64,000 bases of DNA from Trichinella spiralis. Its lineage: Eukaryota. The position numbers and the translations under genes are program-made. The notes under the pieces were generated by a model. That model had not been told where the DNA came from and did not search any database. It worked only from the letters and a program-made list of their open reading frames with translations. The stretch lies in NCBI RefSeq assembly GCF_000181795.1, contig NW_003526943.1, positions 10,784,789 through 10,848,788 of the forward strand, read 5' to 3'. This document shows, one piece after another, positions 27,201 to 39,316 of the stretch; position 1 is the stretch's first letter, and every line of letters starts with the position of its first letter.

Positions 27201-28167
27201 GTCATCCCCATTCACGTCTTCAAGAAATTCAATTTTTTCTCCCCTATCTTCAGTCTACAAAGAAATTCAGTTGCTCAATCGCATCATCAAACAGATAAAC
27301 TGTAATAATTATAAAATAACTAATCAGAACAATAAAAGTAACACTACTTAAAGCAATAAAACACAAACTTTTCAAAAATATAAATTACAAATTGTTTTAT
27401 TTATTATAATAAGCGTTAAAATCAACGCTAATTCCGTCGTCACATTTAACACAAGTTTCAATTTGAATATTATTTTTTTTTAGAAATTTTATTTTGCGCT
27501 CAAGAAATTCATTCATTTTGTTCCTTTACATACTTCCTCCTCCAAATGAATAGGGTCGAAACACTGCAAATCATTGTCCATTTCAATGTAACAAAAATCA
27601 AATGCCTAAAAGATAAATAATACAAATATGCAAAGTGGAAAAGTTCAACAAACTTATCAAATAAAAAATAAAATAATAATTCACGTTATAATAAACAAAA
27701 TCATAAGCATTTAAATGCATTTTTCATAAATGAAAATTAAAAAAATTAACTAACTTTTAATAAAATTATATTCACTTCATTTTTTTCTCAAAAATAAAAA
27801 ACTGAGCTTACGCTCTTGTCCTTTAAATAGTAAAGGACATAACAGTTTAAAATAATCTGTACTTAAATACAGCACTATAAATATGACATTGCATTGCAGA
27901 AAAATTCTGTCAAAATTGAAAAACAAAAATACGCAAATATAAAAAATATCAAAAAGTTACGTGAAAGGGCATATCAATGCTAACAGTCTGTAATGAATTT
28001 CATGTTCATATTTTCATACTATACTTTGCACACATTTAAATGAAGTTTTATTGCATTATTTAATTCAAAACAAAATTAATGATGTAAAATAAAATAAAGA
28101 CTTACTTTTCGGTGGTGCTAATTTTCTTACTATAGTTGTGTTGGCAACTGTATAATTGGCTCGTCAT
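24226..28167 (-). CDS. Multi-exon Tudor-domain protein with two extended Tudor domains
   Basis: Spliced minus-strand exons give PTVGQYCIAENEAGYQRAKVL..AQMLYVDLGKVEWV..LVTLPNAFYGIPSVAIRCMLYG-VKPKGTDWS (26210-25550). A second copy reads LYCVVG..YMRCLI..VIIYLVDHGASIRARVNELYLLEKRF (24850-24550). The putative first exon is 28167-28106 (ATG...|GTAAG). The 5' and 3' ends are tentative. Confidence 0.75.
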
Positions 28168-28939
28168 AATAAAATTATTTAGCTATGTTTTATAAATTTT
28201 CACAGCGGATCTAATTAGTGAATTTCAAATTCACTTTTTTAATATGCATAAATGCTATTCATAACATAGTTTATTATATTTCATTACTGTGAATAACGCT
28301 AAAAACAAATTAAAACTTGCTTTTCACAAGTTACTGTTTCCCTACTGTGAAAATGTTGGCAGTGACGTCAGAGGGTTTATGTTCGTTGGGTTTGTTGTGA
28401 TGGACTTGGCTTAGCTGTGCGATGCAGATGAATTGTTAATTGCTGGTTTGCCAGAGCGCTGGTATTTTAATTTTTTAATATTATAAGTATTTTCTTTTTT
28501 TAGTTTTAGTCATTTCAGCAAATTGAGGTAAATGCATTAACTGATTTCAAAATTTGAGAATTTTTAACTAATTTTCTTTATAGAGTTGAGTATATTGAAG
28601 TTAGATAGTAAAACATGTATAAATATATAAACCACTGATGTTATGGAAATCATGAAGTGTGAAAGAAATTGTTTTTAAATGATATATTGAAATATTTGTG
28701 GGTTTTTATTTTTTATGGTCAACGTTTAATTTCATAATCACGTTGGTCGTGTAAAATTCTCCCTTTCATTAGGGACTCTCGCGCATAGTACTTTTTCTTG
28801 GTAAATTTATGATCAAGCTGTCGAATGAGTTACGTTGCAGAAGTGATTAAATTTGAAAATTGGCAAGTTGGCGTAACAATTTAATGCGATTGTATCACTA
28901 GGAAAGAGTTGTTCACGAGCAGTCAGAGGCGAGATTCCA

Positions 28940-29800
28940 TCGTTTTTTTTTGATATCGTGTCCTTGGTCATCATGCTGGAGGAGATCGCCAGCGCATCCG
29001 ACGACGTGTTACTTTCACAGTTTGAGGAGTTGACATTCGACGGGGAAGTTATGAAGTGAAGCTCCCCTGGAAACCGGGGTATCCTAACTTCCCCGACAAC
29101 TACGAGCAAGCATGTCAGCGCCTCATGGTATTGGAACACCTCTGGAGGTACTGCCCTGAGAAAAGAAGGGATTATACAGAGGTGATGCGGTCGTATTTGG
29201 AGAACGGTTGGGCGGAAGAGGTGCCTGAGAATTGACCATCAAGGCAGACGTGGCATCACGCGGTTTATTAAGGTGTGAGGGTCAACTGAAGAAGTGTTGC
29301 GTGGTTTTTGACGGTTCCACTTCACTGAACAAGCATTTGAAGGATCTTCTGGCGATACTGCTCCGTTTTTGTGTTGGCTTCAGGCAGACGTCGAGAAAAT
29401 GTACCTTCAGTTCCGCTTCAAGGAAGACGATAGGGACGCCTGCCGGTTTTTTTGGAGGAAAATGAAGGAGACAAGGTCATCACCTGTTCCGATCGACAAG
29501 AGTGTGCTTTGGTCTCACATGCTCTACTTCCCTGTTGTTTAGCACTGTTAGGGTTCACGTGCGACGCCATCAACAGCTAGCTCCACGAGCTGCTTCAGAG
29601 ATTGTTCAAAACAATTACGAAGATGACTGGGTTATCTAGTGCAATTCCTTGCAAGACCCGGTGAATTAATTCTCCGAATGCAAGAATTGCTGAGCAAATG
29701 GGCAAGCAGTGATGCAACGGTCAACAGCGTTATACCCGTCAAGCATCGCACTCAGGTTTTGGAGTGTCATATCTGGAAGACACTGGAAATTCTCTGGAAC
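28940..29800 (+). mobile_element. Degraded BEL/Pao LTR-retrotransposon pol fragment (reverse transcriptase region)
   Basis: Frameshifted motifs LPWKPGYPNFPDNYEQACQRL, YLENGWAEEV, VVFDGS..SLN..DLLAILLRF, ADVEKMYLQ..DRDACRFFWR, RVCFGLTCS, NYEDD (degenerate YVDD), KWASS and KTLEILW. No LTRs recognised. Confidence 0.85.
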
Positions 29801-30954
29801 CAAGTGGTTTTGAGATCTGCACCTCGTGCAGATACATATACCGCCGACGATTCCGTATGATGTAAAATTGAAAAGAGAAACACATTAAACGCCGCGCAGC
29901 CGAAGAAACAAAACAGGTGCCGCAAATATATGGTGAAGAATGTATCATCGAAGCATCGACCAACTTGGAAAGTGTTAATGACTTGCGAATCAACAAAAAG
30001 GTGAAGGCAGAAATGTACAGAAGACGGACCAAACGCCTTCCTCGATTGCCAGCAGCTGAATTTTTTGAGAAATTTGAGAATCCAGAAAATTTGAGGGAAT
30101 TGGCTGTACATTCTGTCTGATGCATGGATGGAACATTTAAAATTGTTCCTGAATGGTACCAGCAACTGTTCACCATTCATGTATTTAAAGAATCAAAATT
30201 AATTCCTCTTGTATATAGTTTATCTGTTAGAAAAGACGTAATTTGTTATTGTGAAATTTTTGATACTTTAACAGTGAAAGTGGCAGCGTTAGGGGTTGTC
30301 CTTCAGCCGCAAACTGTGATTTGCGATTTCGAAACTGCCCTTATCCCTGCGGTGCAGGCATCGTTCCCTGGCGTTCAAATACAAGGCTGCTATTTTCACT
30401 TCTGCCAAGCAGTTCTGCGGAAAGTGGCAGAGCTTGGATTGCGAACCAGGTACCTTCACGAAGCGGAAACAAAAAAGAAGATCAAAATGCTGATGCCAAC
30501 AGCATTTTTGCCACTTCCTGAGGTACCTGCTGCCGTGGATCTGCTTGGCAGAAATGTTACGGGTCTAATAGCAGCCTTGTTTGATTACTTCCGAAGAGAA
30601 TGGATGACCCCCAACAGGCTGCCGTTATGGAATGTATATAATGTACAGACACGAACAAATAATCACTTAGAAGGCTGGCACTTGAAAATGAACCGGCAAG
30701 CGGGGAAACATCACCTCAGCTTTTATGAACTGCTCCAATTGCTGATTGATGAGCAAGGATCAACGGAAACGTTGATTCAGCAGGTGACGTCAGGACGCGT
30801 TACCGCCAACGATTTACGAATAAAGAACAATAAATATGAAGAGGTGCAGCTACGCATAACAGCGTTGACTGCTGAATATGATGGCGGAACGCGTACAATG
30901 GAGCAGTTCTTAAAAGCTGTTGCGTATGATGTCCCTGAGCCGATTAACTTCTGA
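29800..30954 (+). mobile_element. Mutator-like (MULE) transposase, 5'-disrupted
   Basis: ORF 30124-30954 has DGTF, CDFE, GCYFHFCQA (CxxH) and RTNNHLEGWH, so the DDE triad is present. The upstream part (KRRAAEETKQVPQIY..MYRRRTKRLPRLP) is interrupted by stops, a frameshift and an apparent internal deletion. Confidence 0.88.
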
Positions 30955-32161
30955 GTGCCACCTTCCCTGCACCTTTATTTTATATTTTCTTATTCTTCGT
31001 AGTGTTTATTCTTGTTTGTATTATAGTATATCATATTGCAATGTCTTGTATTGTGTTGTATTATAATGTTGTATTGTATTGTATTGTATTGTCTTCTATA
31101 TAGTTTTATAGTTTTTACCACTGAATAAATTTTCACCACTGAAAATTATAATTATCTAATTCACAACTTGGAAAGGAAACTTTTGAACAAGTTCTATAAA
31201 ATGCTGTATAGTACACAAGCAATAAACTGAGTTAGCATACCTTAAAGATAAGCAAATTTCTATGGTGTGATCAGCATATACACAAAAATGTAATCGGAAG
31301 AAAATTTGCTTTTAAGATTATAATTTTGAAATGATAGTCAACTTTTAATTTTACTTAATGCTACTACTAATATATGTGGAATAAAAAAAGTTAAGCTTTG
31401 AATATCAGAAAACTGACCATTGAAAAGAAACCGAAATTCGACAAATAGAACGCACTACAACGACAACCAATAAAATTTAGGTTTGCGAAAACAAATAAAA
31501 TTCACCACAACGACCACCACTAAAATTTAGTTGCGCTCATTGGCTTGAAAACCAATAAAATTAAAAGCCAATCAAATTTTGAGCGGCATGCCTTTGATGG
31601 CGGGTATGAGACTAAACCGAAATTTATTAAAACCAATAAAATTTCGATGAGGCGTGCATCTATTGGGCCAAATAAGATGAGACCATTTAAATCATACAAA
31701 AATAACTGGAACAATCAAATGTAAAATTAGTATGGTAGTTAATGTGGTATTTTGTATAATATTCAATGTTTACTTTTAATATTATTAAATTATTGACATT
31801 ATTATTTTTTAATACTTAGTTTTTCTTTTATTACTGTAACTTCGTTTGGTTTAGATTGAGGAAAACAAAGTTCACTTGTTTGTTTAATTAGATTTTTTGT
31901 TATTTACCTTACTATTACTACCTTTTGAACTGTCACTTACTTTTATATTATAAGTCAATTATATATTTATTTTTTTAAAATGTTTTTCATGTTATTAAAA
32001 TTACTTTAATTATGAAATAATGAATTTTTCAAGTAATGTGTTAAGTAATAAATAATATTGTTGAATATGTGGAAAACGTTGTTTGCTGTAAAGTTGAATT
32101 TTTTTATTGTTTCTGAAGTAATGTGTTATATTTAGGTATCTTCATTATCATCTGATATGAT

Positions 32162-32572
32162 ATGATAACATTTTATGATATTCTGAATTGTTCTGAAGAT
32201 GCAACGTTTGAAGAACTGAAGGCTGCCTATCAGTGCTTATTGTTTCAGTTCCATCCCGACAAATGTGAAAAAAATTATTGTTATGAGAAATATTCGCGTG
32301 TTTTGCAAGCATGGAATATATTAAGAAATGACACAAGTAGAAGGCGATACAATTGTTGGTTGCGTGAAAATCAGCTTCGGGATGATAGTGTATGTTTGTT
32401 TGCCCAGATTTCTATCTCAGATTTCACTAATGAATGGAGAAGCAATTCGCTGGTAATTAATTGTCGTTGTGGAGGTATTTTCAGAATAACTGATTCAGAC
32501 GTTACTTTTGCTTGCGATTCTGTACTTAAATCTTGCTCAAACTGTTCATTGTATTTGCAAGTTGACTTGTAA
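32162..32572 (+). CDS. DPH4: Diphthamide biosynthesis J-domain protein DPH4/DNAJC24
   Basis: Single-exon 136-aa ORF with a J domain (FYDIL..ELKAAY..HPDK..AWNIL) and a C-terminal CSL zinc finger (CRCGG..CSNCSL). Confidence 0.9.
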   Translation: MITFYDILNCSEDATFEELKAAYQCLLFQFHPDKCEKNYCYEKYSRVLQAWNILRNDTSRRRYNCWLRENQLRDDSVCLFAQISISDFTNEWRSNSLVINCRCGGIFRITDSDVTFACDSVLKSCSNCSLYLQVDL

Positions 32573-33220
32573 GCATTAAAGATTTTGGATGACTTTTTAA
32601 TATCAGTTCAACGATTGTAAAAATTGTGTTTATCCATTTTTGTAATATGACAGTTAATGTGAATAAGTCTATAACGTAGTAACTGAGATTCAACATCAGG
32701 TGGTATTTTTCTATAATTGCAATGAAAAAACTGAACCATGACTAATTATTGCTTGTGATAATGAAAAAGCAGAAAGTGAAATTATTACGTTTGTAAAAGC
32801 GAAATTTTACAGCTGTTGGATTTCTTTTTTTGTCTATAGCAGTGTTGTTTTTGATTATTTTATTGATACGATAGATTCCCTTCATTTTTGTGCAGTGCAT
32901 TAAGTGAATTTTTTCTACATTGAGTATTAAAAATGTGATACATTGTTAATATGGAAATAATTTTTTCACATGTTTCACTTCTTGCTTTATTGCTGCTAAC
33001 CACTAATGAGTAAAGCACTTTTTAGAACTTATGCGATTTATTCTTTACTGCTCATTATTTATCGTAAAAGCATTTATGATAAATACGTATGTTTAAATTA
33101 CACTGCGATGGCAAGTTATGATATATAAACATATCTTGATTTTCAAATGACTGTAGTAAGTCCTACTGTATTAATGTTGCTGGTGTAAAAGTAGTTTTAA
33201 CGTTTTGTCAGCTTGTTAGC

Positions 33221-36200
33221 ATGCCCACGGTAAAAGATGGAATGCGTGGTCTTGCAGTGTTTATTTCTGATATTCGAAACTGTAAGTTCTTTCTTATTAT
33301 ATGAATAGAGCATATACTGCTGCCGCTATTGAGTAAAAATGTGCAGTTGCTTGATTTATGATATTGAACATTGTGCTGTGGGGTGTATTGAATGGTTTTA
33401 CTTATACAAATGCGTATGCTAAATTTAAAATAAATTTAATTAAAAAATGTAATTCTCTCTTGACGCTATCCAAAAAAATTATTCGTAATGCATTTATATG
33501 TTACGCATGATGTTGAAAATTGCCTATTATTGATAATAGGCAAGCGTTTTCTTTTTTCTCGTGTACCCATTTGGGAATATTGTACACTGCAGTGCCCTCA
33601 TGAAAGCAGTATACGGTGTTTATTTCTACAATTCATCACTGTTGAGTATTAAACATATTGGCAGCAACCGTTTCACACTACTATCATGATATTAAGCTGC
33701 TGATGATATATTGGGAAACCTATCTGGTGAAACCGTTTGCTACACTGAACACACTGATTTCTGCAGTTTTTTTTTGCAAACTGTGCAATGACCCTTAGTA
33801 CTTAACTGCAGGAAATGTCCACCAACATACAGCGTGACTTGTAAGCCATTTTTTCAATATTAGGCAAATGCTTATTGCCTATTATTGATAATAGGCAAGC
33901 GTTTTGCCTATTATCAATAATAGGCAATTTTCAACATTAAGCGTAACATATATATTTCAATCTTTGTTTGCTGTTCTGTTTGGCATTTACCGACATAGAA
34001 ATTTATTTTAAGTGTTCCGTTGATGATTGTTGTTGTTATCATCTTTTAAATCAGAATTTATAAAAATGCATTTAATTCTTGTGAAGTTTATCACCTTTAG
34101 CATTTCACTGTGAATCTGTATTGGTTGTCTGTATTTATGTTTCATCACATCCGAGCAGTTTTGCGCAGCACTGTTGGAGGCTCAAATTTTTGTCGCTGCT
34201 AATATGAGCAGTTTCATAGAGAAAGCACTTTCAGCTTTGTTGGAATAGTTTGCCTATGTTCCAAAAACGCCGCTACTTTGAATAAATCTACAAATTAGTA
34301 TCATTGTCGAACGTACATTTTATTGAATGTGAAAATGCCTGTTGTTGCTTTTTATTGAAAAATTTCAAATTATATGATCATTATTAAGAGCGTAATTTGA
34401 TAATCGGCGAATTTTGTTTATGTACAACTCTCCATTACTTGTGATGTAAAGGAAATTATGTTTGTACTTTTATAACAGATCTAGGTTTTTAGTTGTTACA
34501 TTTTTGAAATTGTACCATTTGTACACACACACACACACACCTGTGCATAGATATAAATTCAGACATTTGATATGTTGCGAAATTTTAAATCAGCCAAAGT
34601 TAAAAAATTAAAGCAATGCATGAAAGATTAGAATTTATTGTAAATAAACAAGATGGTAAATATATTTATTGTGGAAATGGATTTTCATTATTATTATCAT
34701 TGATATTTGTTAGCGCTGCTGTTCAGCATTATGTGCTATCGATTTTCGATTTTGAAAAATCACAACAGGCAGTAAAATAAAAATTAACATGCTTATTTTA
34801 GTAGTACAGAGTGAATTGTTATGAAATGTTTTATAGTTGAAAAAATTGTTATCTATAAATTGATAAAATTAGTTTGAAAAGAACGACAGTTGGAAGATTT
34901 GATTAGAAATGATAATTTTACACGTTTTAGGTAAAAGTAGAGAAGCAGAAGTGAAACGTATCAATAAAGAATTAGCGAACATCCGATCCAAATTTAAAGG
35001 TAAGGAAAATGGAATTAATTTTAGAAAATTTTGAAAAAATTAGCAAAAAGTTTTTTCTGATTTTAGGAGATAAAGCTTTAGATGGTTATCAGAAAAAAAA
35101 ATATGTGTGCAAGCTGCTTTTTATTTTTTTGCTTGGCCACGACATTGACTTTGGTCATATGGAAGCGGTTAATCTTCTTTCGTCCAATAAATACACCGAA
35201 AAGCAAATTGTAAATTCGGCTGATGAATTGAATGGATAAAAAATATTTATAATTCATATGTATTTTTTTCTCTGCATCAGGGTTATTTGTTCATATCGGT
35301 ATTGGTGAGCTGTTCAAGTGAATTAATGCGATTAACAATTCAATCAATCAAGAACGATTTACAATCCAGAAATCCTGTATTTGTCAATTTAGCGTTGCAG
35401 TGCATCTCTAACATTGGATCTAGAGAAATGTGTGAAACGTTCGGTGCTGAGATCCCGAAACTGCTAGTTTCTCCGTACATAAGAATATTTCGATTATATT
35501 ATGAAAAATATGAAAATATTATTATTGTTCTTGTCGGTTTCAGAGAAAATGTGGATTTTGTTAAACAAAGCGCCGCTTTGTGCATGTTGAGATTGTTACG
35601 AACCAGCAGTGACTGCGCTTCTGTTTTGGAATACTCTTCCCGCATTGTCCATCTGTTGAACGACAGTCACATTGGGGTTGTTACAGCTGCGAGCAGTTTG
35701 ATTGATATTTTGTCCAAAAAATGGCCAGCCGAATTTAAAGGCTGTGTCTCGTTGGCAATTGCTCGTCTTAGCAGAGTATAATTTATTGATGTTTATATTA
35801 TTATTATTATTATTATTATGCTTATTTATTTCAGATTGTCACTGCCGCTTACACGGATTTGCAAGATTATACGTATTATTTCGTTCCAGCGCCGTGGCTT
35901 TCGGTAAAATTGCTTCGCCTGTTGCAAAATTACCCTCCTCCGGAAGATCACGCGGTACGTGCTCGTTTGTTGGAATGTTTGGAGACAATTTTGAACAAAG
36001 CCCAAGAACCGCCAAAGTCGAAAAAGCTCCAGCACAGCAATGCGAAAAACAGTGTGCTTTTCGAAGCGATCAGCTTGATCATTCACATGGACAACGATCC
36101 GGCGTTGCTCATAAGAGCTTGCAACCAGCTTGGACAATTTTTGACCCACAAAGAAACCAACCTTCGGTATTTAGCTTTGGAAAGCATGTGCTTGCTGGCA

Positions 36201-38612
36201 ACTAGTGAATATTCGCACGAAGCGGTGAAAAAACACCTAGATACTATTATTCATTCGTTGAAAGTAGAGTTTAATTTTTTGTTAATTTTTTCAATTTAAT
36301 TTTAATAGTTTTTCATTTCAGGCCGAACGTGATATTAGTGTTCGAACAAGAGCTGTGGATTTGCTTTATGCAATGTGCGACAAGAGCAACGCGACACAAA
36401 TTGTTGAAGAAATGCTGTCATATCTGGAAGCTGCGGATTATTCAATTCGTGAAGAAATGGTAAAATTAACGCTCTCTTTCTTATTATACAGTTGGGCATG
36501 AACAATTAATTAATTAAGTAATATTGCTATAATTTGTTATAGGTATTGAAAGTGGCTGTGCTAGCGGAAAAATATGCCAGCGATTATGCGTGGTTTGTCG
36601 ACGTTATATTGAATTTGATTCGTGTAGCTGGTGAGTTTGTCAGTGAAGAGGTGTGGTACCGCGTTATTCAAGTGGTGGTGAACCGGGAAGATGTACAAGG
36701 CTACGCGGCGAAAACCGTCTTCGAAGCACTGCAAGCAAGCTGTTGTCATGAAAATATGGTCAAAGTCGGCGCCTATATATTGGGTGAATTTGGAAATTTG
36801 ATTGCAGGCGATCCTCGGTCTAGGTCAAATCATCAATTTGCTTTTTTTTCTATTACAATATCATTATAAATAAATATTACATATTTTTAGCCCTGTTATT
36901 CAGTTTCGTCTATTGCATAGCAAGTATCACTTGTGCAGTACGTCGACTAAAATTATATTGTTGTCTACTTATGTGAAATTTATCAATCTTTTCCCCGAAA
37001 TTAAGTCGCAAATACAAGAAGTATTTGCTGCGGATGTGAATGCTTGTAATCCTGATACTGAGTTACAACAACGTGCTGTTGAATATTTAGCAATTAGGTG
37101 AGCTGTTTTGTTTGTTTGTTTGTTTTTTGAAAAACACTCGTGAAGAGTAGAAATGTAAATGAGATTAAGAATTCGATGATTTGTATTTTATTATGATTAT
37201 TATTATTAGTCGTATTGCTTCGTCGGACGTTTTGGCTACAGTATTGGAAGAGATGCCTCCGTTTCCTGAAAAAGAGTCAAGCCTTTTGGCTAAATTGAAA
37301 GGCAAACAGCCTGTACTGGAAGAAGGGGGAGTTGGAAAAGAAAAGAAACATTACCCGCATGCGGTTTTGAAAGAAAACGGCGTATGTGCTACACAATTTG
37401 AATTTTGTTACACAGAGAAATTGGCAAAGAAAGCTCTTGTATATATGTATATATATATATATATTTGTTTAGCTTCTCGGCAATGATTCCATAAAAATGG
37501 CCGACAACAGTGCGAGTGCAGATTTGCTTGGTCTTGGCATACAGACAGCAAAGAAAGACGATTTGAATCTCATTTTTTCAGAAAATGTCGATCCTATTGC
37601 TTACAGTAGTAGTAATAATTACGATGATGCTGTGAGTGGTTATTTGAGAGGAAAAGAGGAAGATTTGAAAAGGTATTTGAGATAATTTTTTTGATGATTT
37701 AATTGAATTGGTTTTCTTTTTTTAGGTTTTTATTGAAGCAAAATGGTGTACTGTATGAAGATGCTAAACTTCAGATTGGTGTGAAGATGGAATTTCGTCA
37801 GAATTTAGCTCGCATGGCAGTTTTTTACGGCAACAAGAGCACAACTGCGTTCACAGATTTTGCGGTTGGGATAAATTGCCCCGGAGATCTCGCCGAACAG
37901 CTCAGCTTAAAAGTGAAGCCAGTCAGTGCAGTGGTTGAAGCGGGTGCTCAGGTTCAACAGTTGATTAACGTCGAGTGCATGTCCGATTTTTACACATATC
38001 CAGTGTTGGATTTGAACTTCAAACGCGACAATGGACCTTGTCGTGTGCTTTTGCAGTTGCCGTTATTTTTGTCGAAATTTTTTCAACCCACTGAAATGAC
38101 AAATGAGCAATTTGTAATGCGATGGAAACAACTTAGCCAGTTAGTGCTTTTTGTTTAGAAAAATTATTATTTATGACTTGCAAATTATACTAATTGGTTG
38201 TATTCGATTTTTATTTGTTTCATTTGTTATTATTACAGGCCAGCTCAAGAGTATGTGAAAGTGTGTAATGCTAAATTTGCTGTGGACTGCGAACAATTGC
38301 AAACCAAGGTAGAGTTCTTGTATTTTTATTCTCTTTAATGTTGCTTTGGATGATGTGCCATCGAATTATTGACGATTTTATTTGACTTTCTGTGCATTAC
38401 AGATTACTAGTTTTGGAATGCAGATTCTGAATGTAGATCCAAATCCGGAAGTATTTTGTGCGGCAGGAATCATCAACACCCGTGCTCTGCAAATTGGATG
38501 CTTGATGCGCTTGGAAGCCAGTCGCACGGCAAACATTTATCATATAACATTTCGATGTGGTAAAGGATCTGTATCACATCATCTGTGTGATTTGCTGTCA
38601 GAAGTATTATAA
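33221..38612 (+). CDS. apa-2: AP-2 complex subunit alpha (alpha-adaptin), ~14 exons
   Basis: Exon 1 (33221-33281) reads [21 protein letters not shown], followed by [88 protein letters not shown] and the ear domain ([19 protein letters not shown]), ending at the stop at 38612. Confidence 0.96.
33499..33948. mobile_element. Non-autonomous TIR element (MITE), TGT...ACA ends, 4-bp TATA target duplication, in AP-2 alpha intron 1
   Basis: Terminal inverted repeat of ~45 bp, TGTTACGCwTrATGTTGAAAATTGCCTATTATTGATAATAGGCAA, with 2 mismatches. TATA lies on both sides (33495-33498 and 33949-33952). Confidence 0.8.
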
Positions 38613-39316
38613 GTTTATTCAAAGCATATATATAGCAAGCAGAACAGTATCTTTAGAAAGCGAATTGCAATGTAAATTTGCATTCTGTGACAGAACAGCA
38701 GTTGCATTCCATTTTTTCCCATATGTTCACTTTGCTGATATTAAGATATCTGACTTCAGTATTCGATAATTGCAATTATGTTTTGTTTTATTCTTTATTT
38801 TTATTGAAATTTTAACGTACTGGTTGGTCTGATCGTTGGTGTTGCATTGTGCATTTTTCATTTTTGTATTGTTACGCAACATATATAATAATAACACAGT
38901 CATCGATTGATAATAAAAATAACATGTATTCTTCTTTTATTCAAATGCTGAACGGCGAAACACATATGTAACAGTTCTTTCGTTGCATTAACAAATTCAT
39001 GTTTTGATTGTTTCTTCAGTAGAGGAATTTTCGTTCATGTTCCATCGTGATCTGGCTTTCTCTGTTGTACGGAACGTGGTAATTATTTATAATGTGAAGT
39101 GAAGATGTATTTTAAAAATTTGCATTCCTGTCTCTTGCAAACGGTAAGTGGAAATGTACTGATGGGAAGAGTGCCAATAAAAAAAATAACAAACAAACAA
39201 ATGACCAAATTTAGAGAATAGAATGAAGTTGCTCGTAAAAGAGTGCTGGCATCGCAGTGATATGTAAGGCATTTATTTTTGTTCATCACAGCATCAGTTG
39301 AACCAACAAATTTAAA

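Noticed and set aside
28340..28800. Possible LTR for the BEL/Pao fragment
   Set aside because: No second copy, PBS or TSD found. It more likely contains the Tudor promoter (TGACGTCA at 28363).
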